DNA of 64,000 nt, from NCBI GenBank assembly GCA_964234715.1, contig OZ174275.1. The stretch is one strand, 5' to 3'. Origin of the DNA: Podarcis melisellensis. Lineage: Eukaryota. The notes under the pieces are model-generated. The model was given only the letters and a program-made list of their open reading frames with translations. It was not told the DNA's origin and did not search any database. The position numbers and the translations under genes were made by a program. Of this stretch, positions 26,101 to 38,700 are shown piece after piece. Every line of letters starts with the position of its first letter. The stretch's first letter is position 1.

Positions 26101-29100
26101 TTTTGGTTAAATTAACATGGGCAGCCTCCAGGAATAGGAGCCAAGTTGGGCTCCCCTTCAAAAGAGGCACTGCCACCTACCCACTTCTAAAAGATGCTGG
26201 GGGAGCAGCAGGGTGTGTGAGGTGAATGACTGGGTGGCAAAGACAAGTCAGGCAGTGGGGAACCCTTTAGAGCAGTGGTTCTCAAGCTGTGGGTCCCCAG
26301 ATGTTGAACTACAACTCCCATCATCCCTGAGCTCTGGCCTTGCTAGCTAGGGGTGATGGGTGTTGTAGTTCAACAACATCTGGGGACCCACAGGTTGAGA
26401 AAGGCTGCTTTAGAGCCTATGGGGCCCTTGGTTGGTGCCTGGCAATGGTGCAGAAGTGTCCCACATTGCAGCCTGCCAGTTTTGTTCCATATCAGTGAAC
26501 AGAGGCCAGGAGAACTGACTTTAAGCATGCAATATTAGGTTGTAATTAGCCCAGGGTTCTCCTTGCCCGAAGGAGCAATTTATTCTCTCCTCCCATTGTG
26601 CACTGTCCTGGGGGTTCTCTCAATCCTCCAGAGCAGATTTTAGGAGGATGTGGCAGGAGGAGAGGGAGGGCAAGTCCTGTTACGTGAGTGGAAATCCTTG
26701 CATTGGCTTTTATGGGGGGGACGGGGGGGGGGAGCACATTGTACCTTGGGCAGGGCTTCTGCTGATGAGTTTGTTAGGTGAATCCCACCCAGTATGACAG
26801 GATGTCTACAAGCTGTTTAAAGGGGAGTGTACATCCAGGCACAGAAGTCCTAAAACTAGAGAGATGAGGCACCTAGAAAGAGCCCTTCCAGTGTGCTATA
26901 GTGGGCAATAGGATGCACTTGGAAAGTCTGTGCCTAGCATGATAATAGAGCAAAGCACGGTCTCTAAAAGAGCTGAAACCTGTGGCTCGGCTGAAATTGG
27001 CTTTGATTGGTAGAGGAATTATAAACTCAGTTTTAACCTCAAAGTGCAGCTCCTTAACACAAATGCTTCGAGTTGTAACTCACACTAAGTGACAACCATT
27101 AGGTGCTTTAGTGGAACCTTGTCAGATGGGGAGCATTCTGTCACCTTAAATCTTGCCATTTCCTTGGCTGGCTTTTTGCTGATGTTTTTGCCATTCCTTT
27201 TGGTCATAGACTTCTCAAGAGATGATTGCACGTTCTGCTGCTACGCTAGTCACCCACCCTTTTCATGGTAAGTAGGGGCCAGTAGCCCTTTGGTCACTGC
27301 CAGCACACATTTACCTCCCTGGCAACAAGAAAGAGGAAAGTCATTCACCAGCCTTTCCTTGTTACATTCAGGTCCCTTCATGGTCATTGTTTTTTGTGCT
27401 TCGGGTATCCATCTTGCACAGTGCTGGCGTTGATCAATCATCTGATATGTAATTATTTCCTGATGACATTTATACTCCGTTTTTCCTAATCAGCTGAAGG
27501 TGCCTAACAAAATGAGTCAAAACACACTGGAAGCCAGTGCAGCTGTTTCAGTAAGGGGGTCACATGGTCCCTGTACGCAGCCCCTGTTAACAGGCTGGCT
27601 GCAGCATTCTGCCAATTGTAGCTTTCAAAAGCAGCCCAATGCAGAGAGCATTGCAGTAATCCAAACGTGATGTGTATGAGGCAAGTGTTGTCGTGACCAA
27701 GAATGGGCATAGTGGGCACACTGGTGTCAGCTAGGCAAAGGCATTCTGGCCACAGCTGTCACTTGGGCATCCAAGGTCATAGCTCCTTACCATGAGCCTG
27801 AATTTTCAAGGGGCATTCTATTCCATTTTAACTGTGGTTGAACCCCTGTTCCCGAACCAGGGGCATATCTGTCCTGTCTGAGTTAAGCTTCAATTAGGAG
27901 AGTGGCGAAGTAGTGTGTTCCTGTGTTGGCCTGAGTAGGGGAAAGAGAGTGGGGAGGATCCTTGCTGATGTCATTTCCCTTTTCCCTCCGTCCTTGTCCT
28001 TCAGTGATCACGTTGAGGTGTATGGTGCAGTTCATTGGCAGAGAGACCAAGTACAGGTATGTGCATATTTGTGACCAGGCGGCTTCCTTTGGACTTTAGC
28101 CCACAAGGCCAATGCCTTTTTTGTAGGAGAAGTTAAAAAGAGGCCAGGGAGTAATTAGTGTGTGAGCACAGAGGTTTCCTGTCATTGTTGAAGTTGAAAA
28201 CGGGGAGGGGGTCAGGGAGAGCCACTTGTTTCTTGATTTCTGAGAGTAAATGAATTTCTTTCTTAATTTTCAGTGGGGTATTGAGCTCCTTTGTCACCAT
28301 TTACCGGGAAGAGGGCATCTTGGGATTTTTTGCGTGAGTACTTCCTTGTGTGAGTGGGGGGGGTGAACTTCCTTTTGTACCTGCGATGGTTGTTGGTTCA
28401 TGGGGGACATGGGGAACAGGGAGGGACAGAGGACGAGTCCAATTATGGCAAGAGCTCGTGGGAGGCAGAATGTTTGACTAGTTGAAACTTTGGTCTAATT
28501 CATTTTTTTATAATATTTTTTATTGGTTTTCCAACACAGATAAAAAACAAAACAACACACTCACATAAACAAACGAAAACATACAAACATGTATAATTTC
28601 AAAAACGTTTTTTTCATAACCTTACTTCTCGGACTTCCCCTTACCTCCCCTTTTCTGCATCCTTGTTTTAAAAATTTTTCAGCAACTATTCAGACCAATT
28701 AATTAATTACTTATTTTCTTTTTAAACTTCTTCTAACACTTAATCAGTTACATATTTACACACTTAATCAGTTCTATATTTTCCTTTCCCCTGACATTTT
28801 AGCATTCTTCAATTTTACAACAATTTTTAAGATATACTTTAAATTTCTTCCAATCTTCTTCCACCGTCTCTTTTTCTTGGTTACGGATTCTGCCGGTCAT
28901 CTCCGCTAGTCCCATGTAGTCGATCACCTTTGTCTGCCATTCTTCCAGTGTGGGTAGTTCTTGTGTCTTCCAATACTTTGCTAAGAGGATCCTTGCTGCT
29001 GTGGTAGCATACATAAAAAACGTCCTATCCTTCTTTGATACCAATTGGCCGACCATGCCCAGGAGAAATGCCTCTGGTTTCTTATGAAAAGTACATTTAA

Positions 29101-32100
29101 GTACCTTCTTAATTTCATTATAAATCATTTCCCAGAAGGCTTTAATCTTCGGGCAAGTCCACCAAAGGTGGTAAAAGGTTCCTTCAGTTTCATTACATTT
29201 CCAGCATTTATTATTGGGCAAATGATAGATTTTTGCGAGCTTGGTTGGGGTCATGTACCACCTGTAAATCATTTTCATAATATTTTCTCTTAAGGCATTA
29301 CATGCCGTAAATTTTGGTCTAATTCAGCCGAGATTTTCTTAAGCAGATTGTGATATTTCTTGGGATAATGTGTAACATTGTTCTTAGCACTAAAGTTGAT
29401 CAGCCTCCCATCATGGAAATTCAGCCAGACTTTCTGCCTCACACACTGGAGGGAAGCGTGCATATGTATATAAGATGTTTTTTCCAGGCAGTATGTGGCC
29501 TCACTTATCAGTTTTTTCCCTTTTCCAGGGGCCTTATTCCCCGCCTGCTTGGGGACATCCTGTCCTTGTGGCTCTGTAACATGCTGGCCTACCTCATCAA
29601 TACCTATGCACTGGAGAATGGGGTAAGTAGACTACAAGTAGTGTGGTGTATGGGGTGTGGACAATGGAGTGCTGGGCTCAGGTAGGCAGGTATGAAAGGT
29701 TTCCTCCCCTAGCCTTGGTCAGCTTGAAAGGTCCCTATCATGGTCCTGCTGCACATCCTCCTGAGCAATACAGTGGAACCTCGGGTTACGTTACCCTCAG
29801 GTAATGTAAAATTCGGGTTGCAAAAGCGGCAAACCTGGAAGTGTTTCGCTGCGCGCACATGTGCAGAAGTGGTCTCTCCGTTTGCGATAACTTTGGGATA
29901 TGGCTGGACCTCCTGAACGGATCCCGTTCACAACCAGAGGTACCACTGTATATCCTTTTTGTCCTCAACCTCTGAATGTGGTTGTATGTTGCTACCTCCA
30001 TTACATCTAGTAATTTCAGGCAGCTCCTTCAGATTTTGCTCCATTGCAGGGATTATGATGGACTTGGGAGTGACTACTCTTAATTGAGGAACAGGGGTCA
30101 GTTACTTTATTTCTCTTCTTTCTAGGTCTCCACCATGACTGAGATGAAAAGCTATTCTCAGGCTGTCACTGGAGTGAGTGTACAGTTCATTTCTCTTTCC
30201 TGTGGGAAGAGGGGGTGGGTTGTGTCCTGAGGATGTGAGCGTAGGCTTGAGCACTTCATCCTGAAGCTGGGGGTGATGCTGGTGATGTCCTGTGCAAGAA
30301 GCCTTGCAAGCTGTACACCTCAAGATCTCTGTTCAATACCTTTGAGATCCGTCTGATCTCTGGTGCTGAGCTCTTAAGTAGGTGCTGTTGCTTGGCTCAA
30401 ACTACTGTTCGGCTTAAGCTGAACAATTACCAGCCGTTTCATTTTATCTGCTTCGTGATTGCTGTGAACTCCTGTCCTGAAACAGAATTGCGACTACTGC
30501 AATAACGCATCACTGCCCTGTGGAGCTCCTTCTCTCTAGCCTAAGGCATACTCCCTGCAACTACAGGGTGACTGTTCGATTTGCTGTAGCTCTAAGAAGC
30601 TTCTGCCATTAACAGGCCATCAGCTGGGTGGGGCTTGTGAAGGAAAACAGGGCTGTTTTCACTGGTGTATTTTGCTGTATTGTATCTACAGTTCTTCGCC
30701 AGTATGCTGACTTACCCCTTTGTACTCGTCTCAAACCTGATGGCCATTAATAGTTGTGGGTGAGTGCAGAGTCTGATTTCTTTAACTTGGCTTTTGATTG
30801 TGTGTTTTCAAATGTATAATACAAGCAGTTCAGTCTCATTTAGTCTTGGTTTGTCAGGTCCCTTTCCTTCAAGAAGCAATGAGAGTTTTAGCAATGTGCT
30901 GCATCTCGCATCTGTTCTCTTCATATTTTCAGCAGCTGCTTTTCAGTGTTTAGGTACCACAACCCACAGAGCTTGAAAATAAAGCATCTGACATGGAAAG
31001 TCTCCTAGAATAGCTTTTAAGGGTTTAATTTAAAAGTTCAGTGGTCAAAGAGCCATCTCCTTCACTGCGCCCTGCCTATGTTCAAAATAGTTGTGGCTGG
31101 AGATGCAGCTAAGGACTTCTAAAAATTTGAACCTGGCTTTCAATCTTGTGGTCATCTGCAAATCCAGTAAATATTTTTAAATTCATGTGGACACTACAGG
31201 TCTATTCAATAGATTTCCAATCTCAAGAGAAAATAAGGGATCTGTCCTGTTTCTGCCCGTTGTTGTCAAGCTTTTTTATTATTCATTTTTATCTTACTAC
31301 AGTACATGGTTTATTGGTGTTGATTCTAAGAGAAGGGGGGAAATGTTTGTATTTTTCTTCACTTATCTCTACATTATTCAAGATTTTATAAACCTCTTGC
31401 ATTCTCCTCCGAACTCGTGTTTTTGTTTTTGTTTTACACTCTCTGGACAAATAATTTTGCTTTGCTTTACACCAGAGCTGACTCATCATGGTAGTAAAGA
31501 TGGGGTTTGGTTTTCTGGGTGCCTTGCCTTGTACACCACAGCAAAAAGCTGGCTGCAAGCCTGAACTGCTGGTGTACAAATGCATTTTTATCTAGAAGGA
31601 ACAGACCTTTTACTTCGCTCATTGATTCAGACCTGTGTCACTCTCTTTTTTTAATATAAAAGCTCAGCCTGAATGTTCTTCGAAGTAATTGCTCTAGTCT
31701 AGAAGTTGCATCTGGGCTACTGTTTCCCAAGTGACTATGAAACTAGAAATGGATGCTCTGCACATGGGATATTGTTGGTGAGCCATTTTGGTAACTTACC
31801 CTGGTCTCTTGCTGTTTTTCAGGCTCGCTGGTGGCCTCCCTCCTTATGCCCCAGCCTACTCATCCTGGTTACACTGCTGGAGCCAGCTACAGGGGGAGGT
31901 ATGTCTGTCTTGTCTGCCCTTTCATTAGAGGACCATAGCATATTGCCCTTGATGTGGGTGGGAGAGGAATAATTGGCAATACAGAGTCCCCCTCTCCAAT
32001 TCTTCCAGGGGTTTTGGCCGTTGGGTACACCAGCCTCCCAAGCAAGGATGCTAGACCAAGATGTCACTGTGTGGCTTGGGGTGCCCTCACCTCTTCTGGG

Positions 32101-32508
32101 TGCATTCCAGCTGCCACACCGTGTTGATGTTCCAGGGTGGGCAAGCGTCATAATCTTGGGGCTTAGTTTTATGGTTGGGAGAGCCTTGAAATAGGGAACC
32201 CTCTCCAAGCTCTTTCTTTCTTCAGGAAAGAAGAGAGAGAGAGAGAGAGAGACTCTGCCCCCACTCCAGTTAAAACAGATTATCCTTGACAGAATTTGAC
32301 CCTCAATAGGGGGGGAAAACCCCTCTGTATTTGTTGCTGGAAAGATGCTGGACCTCTGTCCCCAAAGTCTCAGTCTCTATTCACATTCTCTCTCATGCCT
32401 CCTTTTTCCTCGTGTTTTCAGGGTAACATGAGCAGAGGGAACAGCCTGTTTTTCCGGAAGGTGCCTGCAGGGAAGCGGTATGTGTGGGAAGAGAAGAGAT
32501 TTCACTGA
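19549..32508 (+). CDS. MTCH2: Mitochondrial carrier homolog 2 (301 aa, 13 exons)
   Basis: Exons 19549-19635, 22084-22168, 23112-23218, 25623-25649, 25926-25982, 27210-27267, 28005-28056, 28274-28333, 29529-29622, 30126-30173, 30692-30759, 31823-31898, 32422-32508. All introns are GT-AG and the 906 nt are in frame: [57 protein letters not shown]...[15 protein letters not shown]. Confidence 0.97.
20078..20083 (-). terminator. Candidate polyadenylation signal of the nested PLA2 gene
   Basis: TTTATT on + (AATAAA on -) about 100 nt downstream of the PLA2 stop codon, in an otherwise GC-rich region. Confidence 0.6.
20182..20730 (-). CDS. Secreted phospholipase A2 (group I/II/V/X fold, group-X-like Cys pattern), single coding exon, 182 aa precursor, nested antisense in MTCH2 intron 1
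   Basis: ATG at 20730 (GCAATGA, in-frame TAA 18 nt upstream). Hydrophobic signal [14 protein letters not shown], dibasic REKR site, Ca-loop [11 protein letters not shown], active site [15 protein letters not shown], 16 Cys in the mature chain, AATAAA about 100 nt after the stop. Confidence 0.92.
   Translation of the reverse strand: MRIVLWLALAILFSQECGHSKGSKREKRSVLDLILTLWCYRHRLQIPLLGLNLYGCYCGTGGSGSPVDAVDQCCFIHDCCYRHARVSLKCHRRVKWQRYKLSCNGSETECQSTSICGRMACECDKQLAECLTAAKPRRKHSFYNREALCKGPRDPCPAVHRNWTEILPWGSLSPRPVSREGS
24469..24634. mobile_element. Short degenerate Tc1/pogo-type MITE
   Basis: TA-TCGTATTTTTCCAT.TATAAGA...TCTTATACATGGAAAAATATAG-TA imperfect TIRs. Confidence 0.65.
24795..25453. mobile_element. 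Inverted (foldback) Penelope-like pseudo-LTR remnant, interrupted by a MITE
   Basis: Left arm TGTCCAGTAGCACCTTAGAGACCAACTAAGTTTGTTC...GATAC is the reverse complement of right arm GTATCTGAAGAAGTGTGCATGCACAC...GAACAAACTTA[MITE]GTTGGTCTCTAAGGTGCTGCTGGACA. The family call is from recalled squamate Penelope ends. Confidence 0.65.
24932..25362. mobile_element. MITE family A copy 2, nested
   Basis: Same TIRs as 2251-2587, TA-flanked, inserted in the right arm of the foldback; carries an internal duplication and a 58-bp perfect palindrome. Confidence 0.88.
26273..26407. mobile_element. hAT-type palindromic MITE
   Basis: CAG...CTG termini, near-palindromic body, perfect 8-bp TSD CTTTAGAG (26265-26272 and 26408-26415). 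Confidence 0.85.
27520..27900 (-). mobile_element. L2-type LINE fragment
   Basis: Degenerate ORF2 motif [10 protein letters not shown]...[16 protein letters not shown]. Confidence 0.7.
28503..29312 (-). mobile_element. 5'-truncated L1-clade LINE with target-site duplication in MTCH2 intron 8
   Basis: Open ORF2 C-terminus with CCHC knuckle (CWKC...HLWWTC), A-rich tail on -, perfect 14-bp TSD TTTGGTCTAATTCA (28489-28502 and 29313-29326). Confidence 0.9.
29771..29948. mobile_element. Tigger/pogo-like MITE
   Basis: TA-CAGTGGAACCTC...GAGGTACCACTG-TA. Confidence 0.8.
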
Positions 32509-33698
32509 GCCCGGGGCCTCTTGCAGCCGCTCCAGATGCACAGAATGATGGCAGTGTGTTGATTTCTATACAGTTTTTTAAAAAAGAAAAATAATCAAAT
32601 TAATCTTGGGCAATGGACCTGGCTGTGAGCATGACTTAATGACAAGTGTGATGTGGGGAGTTTCATTTCTGTCTCTCAGATCGGTGAAAGGCAGCAGGGG
32701 CAAGGATGACAGGAAAGCTACCCCTGTCAGAGGAAGAGAAAAAAAGACGGCTTACACTGTTGGGATTGTGGAAAGTTCTTTTCCTTTTCCCGAGAGCACT
32801 GATGTCTTGTGTTGATGGGAATGCTATCTTTCTCCCCAGCTCCTGCCTTCTGATGGTACCATCCCAGGACTACTGTGGGTTGCTGGGGGAAAGTGGACCA
32901 ATATTTTTTTCCTCCTGTCCCCAGACTCTTAGCCTTCTCCCCTTCAAACATTTTGTTATATTCAGGCATGAAAAGATTGCTGGCAAATTGCTAGCCCTGC
33001 TTGGCTGTGCAAGGAGTTAAGCATTATGGAAGCTGTGGTGGGCAAATCAAGCATGTATGCTGTCACCAAGCAGATCTGGAGTGTGCCTCTAAATTTCCTT
33101 GGCAACACTCTTGTAATAGCCACCATGGAGAATGTTGCTTGAAATGGTTCCACACTGCCATTGCATTTGGGGGGGGGGCGTGTTTCAGGGCAGATGCTCA
33201 CTGTGTGGATTAGGCAGGCTTCCTCCCCTTACCCAATCAAGCCACTGCAAGCAGTCAGATTTGTGGTGGATATGACCCAGTCTGGCCATTAAGAGGTGGT
33301 GTGCACAAGGCTCCCACACAGTGACAGCTGCCATATCGTGATCCAAATTGGCCTCTCTCTGGTCACAGTAATTTGTGAATTGGGCCTCCACAGCCGAAGT
33401 GTTGGGGCACTCTGAGGAACAAGTCCCTGCATCTCATCTGCTACTGTTTCAGGGGTTCTGAACAAACTGGGGGTGGGAATAGAAAGCTACTGTCTTCTGA
33501 AAGTGTTTTTCCAAGAGGATTGAAATGTGTCAAATGCAGTCTATTGGCCATAAGAGGTTCTAGAAGAGGTGAGTTCTTATGTGTCTGTGCCTAGCAAAAT
33601 TGCTCTTTAAAAGCATGACCGTGAAACCACTGGCAGTGCGGAATGTGACGTGTTAACTCAGTATGCTACTAGGAAAGTCTCTATTAGCATTCTTTGTT

Positions 33699-33704
33699 AA
33701 TAAA
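33699..33704 (+). terminator. Candidate MTCH2 polyadenylation signal
   Basis: AATAAA about 1.2 kb after the stop codon, followed by T/GT-rich sequence. Confidence 0.5.
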
Positions 33705-35738
33705 GTTGTAGACAGTGTAACCAGAAGGCATAATTCCTGTAGGCTTTTGTTCTCGTACAAACCAGCCAGCTAAGGTGAGGTTAGCCCCCTGTCCTCATTC
33801 CTGTACGATCTGTGCTACTCGCTCTTGGACCTTCTATGATTTCACAAAAAAAGCACGGTTGCTGCTACTCACGTCACATGACCATCTCCAAAAAGAAATG
33901 CTAGGTTTGTGAGGGACGGAGGTGGCGGTTTGCCATATTTGTCTACTGCCTAAAGATAAGCTTTTAGATGGGGGTATTTTGTACACTCATTTGCAAATTA
34001 TAAAAGGCAGTTACATTTCCAGTCACATTTTTCTTCTTGGCTCTCATCTTACACTCACTCTAGATGGCATTTAGGGGCTGGTTGGTTTGTGGATTGGAGC
34101 AAGGCCGCCATTTCTTGGAGGATGAATGGATCAAACTGCACTAGTATGTGACCAAATGGATAATAATGAATATGAATTAGGGTGATGAACATAGGTGAGC
34201 ATAATGTCATGAAATGCAAAAGCAGCTGCATATCTACTATGCTGGTGGGGCCAGCAGTACAGGTAAGATACTTACATTTCTAAGAGCCTAAATTGGCCTT
34301 CATCAATATGGTACCCACCAGATATTTTGGACTACAACTCACATCATCACTGATTATTAATCATGCTAGCTGGGATGGATGGGAGTTATGCCCTTCAGAT
34401 GTTTTTGGATCTAGAATAAGAAACATCTTGTCTAAATGGATAAAGAGGATAGGAGTGAAGATGATGCAGAGAGTTGCCCACAAGTACTAAGGGTATGCAC
34501 ACACACCTGTGCAATTTTCCAGTAAACTATTAACATTGTACCAGACAATGTGTGTGTTCCCCCAAGCTTAGGTAGGACCTCTTGTTCTTGGCTCCTAGAA
34601 CAGCTAAATTCATTATTACAGGGTTGTTGGGTGGGTTTGTGGGGGTTTTTTTTAATGCCCCAGATAATACTTTGTACTTGCTCAAATGTAGCTATTTTAT
34701 TCCTTGGTATCAGTAAAGTTTGAGTTGTTATTTGAAGCTGTCGTTCAGCAATGATGAACAGGCATGAGAAATGGGCTCCCAACAGTAGCCCTTGTGGTAT
34801 ACTGCTGGAAGTGCCCTCTTGTGTTGAATACTAGAAACTATGGGAAGAACTGAGCTTCACACTCTTCTGTCACTCTTCTGCTTGCCATACAGACCAATCT
34901 CTCCTCTCCTCCCACCACATTCTGTTCTTAGGGTTCTCTCAACACCTCCCACCCTGTGAGCCAGTTTCAGGGGACACATGGCATAAGGAGAAAGCCCTAT
35001 TGTGCTAGCAGAACTCCTGTGTGGGCTTCTGATGGGGGACCAGTTCGTTGACTCTGGCCCTATGTATCATCTACTGGTCCTCAGGCCAAACAGTGTGCAT
35101 TTTACAAATGTGATATACTTTAATTGGAATTTTCTGGTGTTAAAGTAAAATATTGTATAGCACATGCCTTAACAGTTATCCGCAGCGATTGCACATAGCT
35201 TCTCCCAATACTTCATTTAAGGTTCTGTTTACAGACGTTATCATTTCGATTACTGAGCCTCTACAAGAGGTCTACAGTAATGTTTTGTCAGGGCATAAAC
35301 AGGGAGCAGTACTATTAGGTTAGCCAACTGGAGGCTTCAAACCTGTCAAAAATTCTCAGTAGACTTCCTTCAGTCATTTTGATTCATCATGATACAGTTC
35401 TGAAGCCTGGGAGTTTGTATGCTTCTGGGTGGCCCAGCAACCGTCAGATAAAACTCTTCCGGGAGCACAGATGGAATCGGTGAAAATCAAATCTATCCTT
35501 CATCTGCTGGCTATTTGTTTGAGGTCTGGATCAAATCGGTTTTAGCTGGAAAGGTATTGATTCAGCTTAGATGTTAACTGTAGGGCCAATGTGCTTGTGT
35601 CCAGATTATTAAATGTGAACCTAGTTCTTGAAACTTCATACAACTTAAAATATATATATATAGGAATTTTCTCATTTAAACCATCTGTTTTTGCTACCAC
35701 TGGTTTATTTTTTACTGTCAGAGCTTTTGAATAGCCTG

Positions 35739-38700
35739 TCACAGCAGAGAAATGGGTGTATGCAGGTCATAGGACAGAAAGCAACTAGTAAAGTTGACTT
35801 CAAGGCATTGTAGGGCTCTCTGCATTGATGTGTTGTTTTCCAGGACATCACCATAGACTGGGTAATTGAGGCTTTGTAGCTTCCTGCCTAGTGCTGCTAT
35901 CACCAGCTGAATGTAGCCTTTGCCACGGTGCGCTGGCATGGTGTAAGCATGGGTCAGGCACCCAAATTGATCCAGCAGGACCCAAGAGATAGGACATCCT
36001 CCAGCATCCAGAAGGCAACTACTAGGGAAGCAGTCGATTAGCCGAGTCAGATAGCAGAGACTCTGCTCATTGCCACCTACACTCCAGGTCTCATTCAGCA
36101 GGGCAGCATGAGTGGTGTTGAGAGATGAGAGTTTCAGCTCTGATCCTGACCTGAAGAATGAAAGAAAGGTTAAGGCCTACCTTCAGAAGTAAGACTTAAG
36201 GCACAATGAACCAGCCAGCTACAGCACCCAAGTGTCAAGCTTGAAGTCTGCAGATGGAGCTGGGGTGCCCTGCAACCACCTGAAGGTTAACATGACAAAA
36301 GGTGTAACTGAGCTCTCTGTGGGTTTTCTAGATCTACGAGCACATGGTGGTGCTTGTTTGATCTCTAGTCATGGAGAATGGGAGGCCCTAGCTAGTTTAT
36401 TATTTATTAAATTTATTCCCTACCGCTATTAGTGAGGGACCCAGTTTTTATGCTGACTTCCTTACTTGGGCTACATTTTTCCATAATTAATTAAGAGGGA
36501 ATGATGAGTGGCATTGTTATGAGACTTATTAAATGCCACTAATGTTGTTTGTTCCTGTACTTGCTGCAACAGAGTTAAATCTTGAATATTTAATACAGGC
36601 TTCCTCAAACTTGGCCCTCCAGATGGTTTGAGACTACAATTCCCATCATCCCTGACCACTGGTCCTGCTAGCTAGGGATCATGGGAGTTGTAGGCAAAAA
36701 GCATCTGGAGGGCCGAGTTTGAGGAAGCCTGATTTAGTACCAGCAAAGATTTAGTACAGAGGAGCTCATTACCTTGTGTAGATGCTATTAGCCCAGTGGA
36801 CTCATAGTAGTATAAACTACAGCTATGCTTTAGGTACCGTAAGTTGATCCCACTCTACAGATGAAATGTTTCAGGAATATTAATCCTATGAAAGCACAAT
36901 CCTTTATTGTAATATTTATCAACAGTACTGCCTGCCCAGTTGAATGTCCTCCCCTCCCCTTCCCATTTTACAGAGAACTTATCCGGTGGCCCTGATGAAC
37001 ATTACTAAGTATCTGCCTTTTGTAAAGCCTACAAATATGATTTACAGAGATACACAAACATTGGCTTACTAGCCAGCCATTGTTTGTGCTTGCTCCTAAT
37101 CACCTTGCTTGTGTTCTTGGGCATGTGCAGAGTACCTGGGTAAGAAACGGATCATCTCTCATTTGAATTATGGGGAAAAATCAGAAACATTGAGGAGTCT
37201 TTCTGCAGTTACAACTGCCAAGGTCCTTGTCCTTTCTTTCTGAAAAGATAACTCTGCCTAGCATAAGAGTCACCTCTTGGCTTTGAGTTTATTTCCTCTT
37301 GCACATATTTCCCCCTGTTACAGGCCTCCAGTGAGTGGGCACCATGCTCTAAATTACTAGTGCACTGGCAAATGTCTCCTGCCTTCCTTGTATTGCTTGC
37401 TACCTGCAACCCCTGAGTCATAGTGTGTGACATACGTGGGTGTGGAAGAAGACAAATTCAAGGGTTCCTGCAGAACAAAAACCTGGGTCCGAGTCACCAG
37501 CTTTGCGGAGAAATGCTTGGCAGCTGCTAGGTTTTGAGATGTCTGATACACACCATCCTGCAGACCTGGGTGTAGAAAATGGTGAGGGGATTATTGAGGT
37601 GCTCAGAGGAGAGGGGCAGAAGTCGCAGAAGCATAGACCACAACTCTATTATGGGAAAAGTAAAATGGTGATCACCTTAAGGAAGCCTTGCTCTGACTAG
37701 TGAAGAGGATTTCAGCAGCACCAAAACTAAGATTTTCTTCCACAGATGCAGAACAAGTGACAATAACGCTTCTCTAAATGCATATGCTAATGTTGAAACA
37801 GTTTAGAAAAGTACACACACACTCTTAAAACTTGTGCATACAATATTCCTTTTTTAAGAATTCTAAATTAGTAACACTGGCACATGCACAGAACTTTGGG
37901 TGTTGAGGTGTCTTACCCTGAAGTAAGAATTCTTGTTTCCAATCAATGGCATCAGAATCTTTCACCAATTTCTCATAGGCATCTAGGTCCTTATAGAAAA
38001 CTGCACAAGATTGGGTAAAATAGTTCCTTTCTGAAGGCACTTTCTAGGCAAATACAAGCAGGAAAGATGGGAAGAGGTCATTCCTTTGCACACACTAGCC
38101 CACCTACGAGTCTTCATCTAAAGAGCAGGCATAAAAAGCTTTAAAACAGGTGGATAAGATTTTTATCATGGCAAACCCTCTGCAAGACATAGGCAACCAC
38201 AGAAAGCACACATCAGATTGCTCATCTGATCAGCGACAAATGCCCCTCTTCAGATGATGGAGGTGCAATTTGCATCCAGCCTCAGATGATCAATCTCATC
38301 ATTTTTAAAATTTCTCCCCTCTTTTTGCTCCTGCTCCCAATATCAGGGAGGTCTTTGATCTGATCAGGCCTCTGGGTTGGGGGTTTGCCACCCTCGTTTT
38401 AAACTAATTAAGTGTTACTATGCAAAATATGTGCAGTTTTTCTGTTTTAGGGGGCTCAAATGACTCCCCCCACTAGCATATCTGATGTAGAGAACAGCAT
38501 TTCCCTAGCATTCAGCTGACAATATTTCATTGCCAGGAAAATATGCCCCAGCTTGTACCTCATTTATGAGTGTGCTGTGGAAAGTACTTGTGCAAAGGAG
38601 TTAGGCACCTGTTGTGGTGTTGTTGGCACCCTGGCAAGAGATAATTTCCTGCACCAGGAATGCTCCACCTCCCACTCCTATCTTCCCCACTATGACTCTT

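Noticed and set aside
32509-32562. 17-codon in-frame extension after the MTCH2 stop (stop-codon readthrough has been reported for mammalian MTCH2)
   Set aside because: Context is TGA-G rather than a leaky TGA-CTAG motif, and the length is what chance gives. Cannot be supported without conservation or ribosome profiling.
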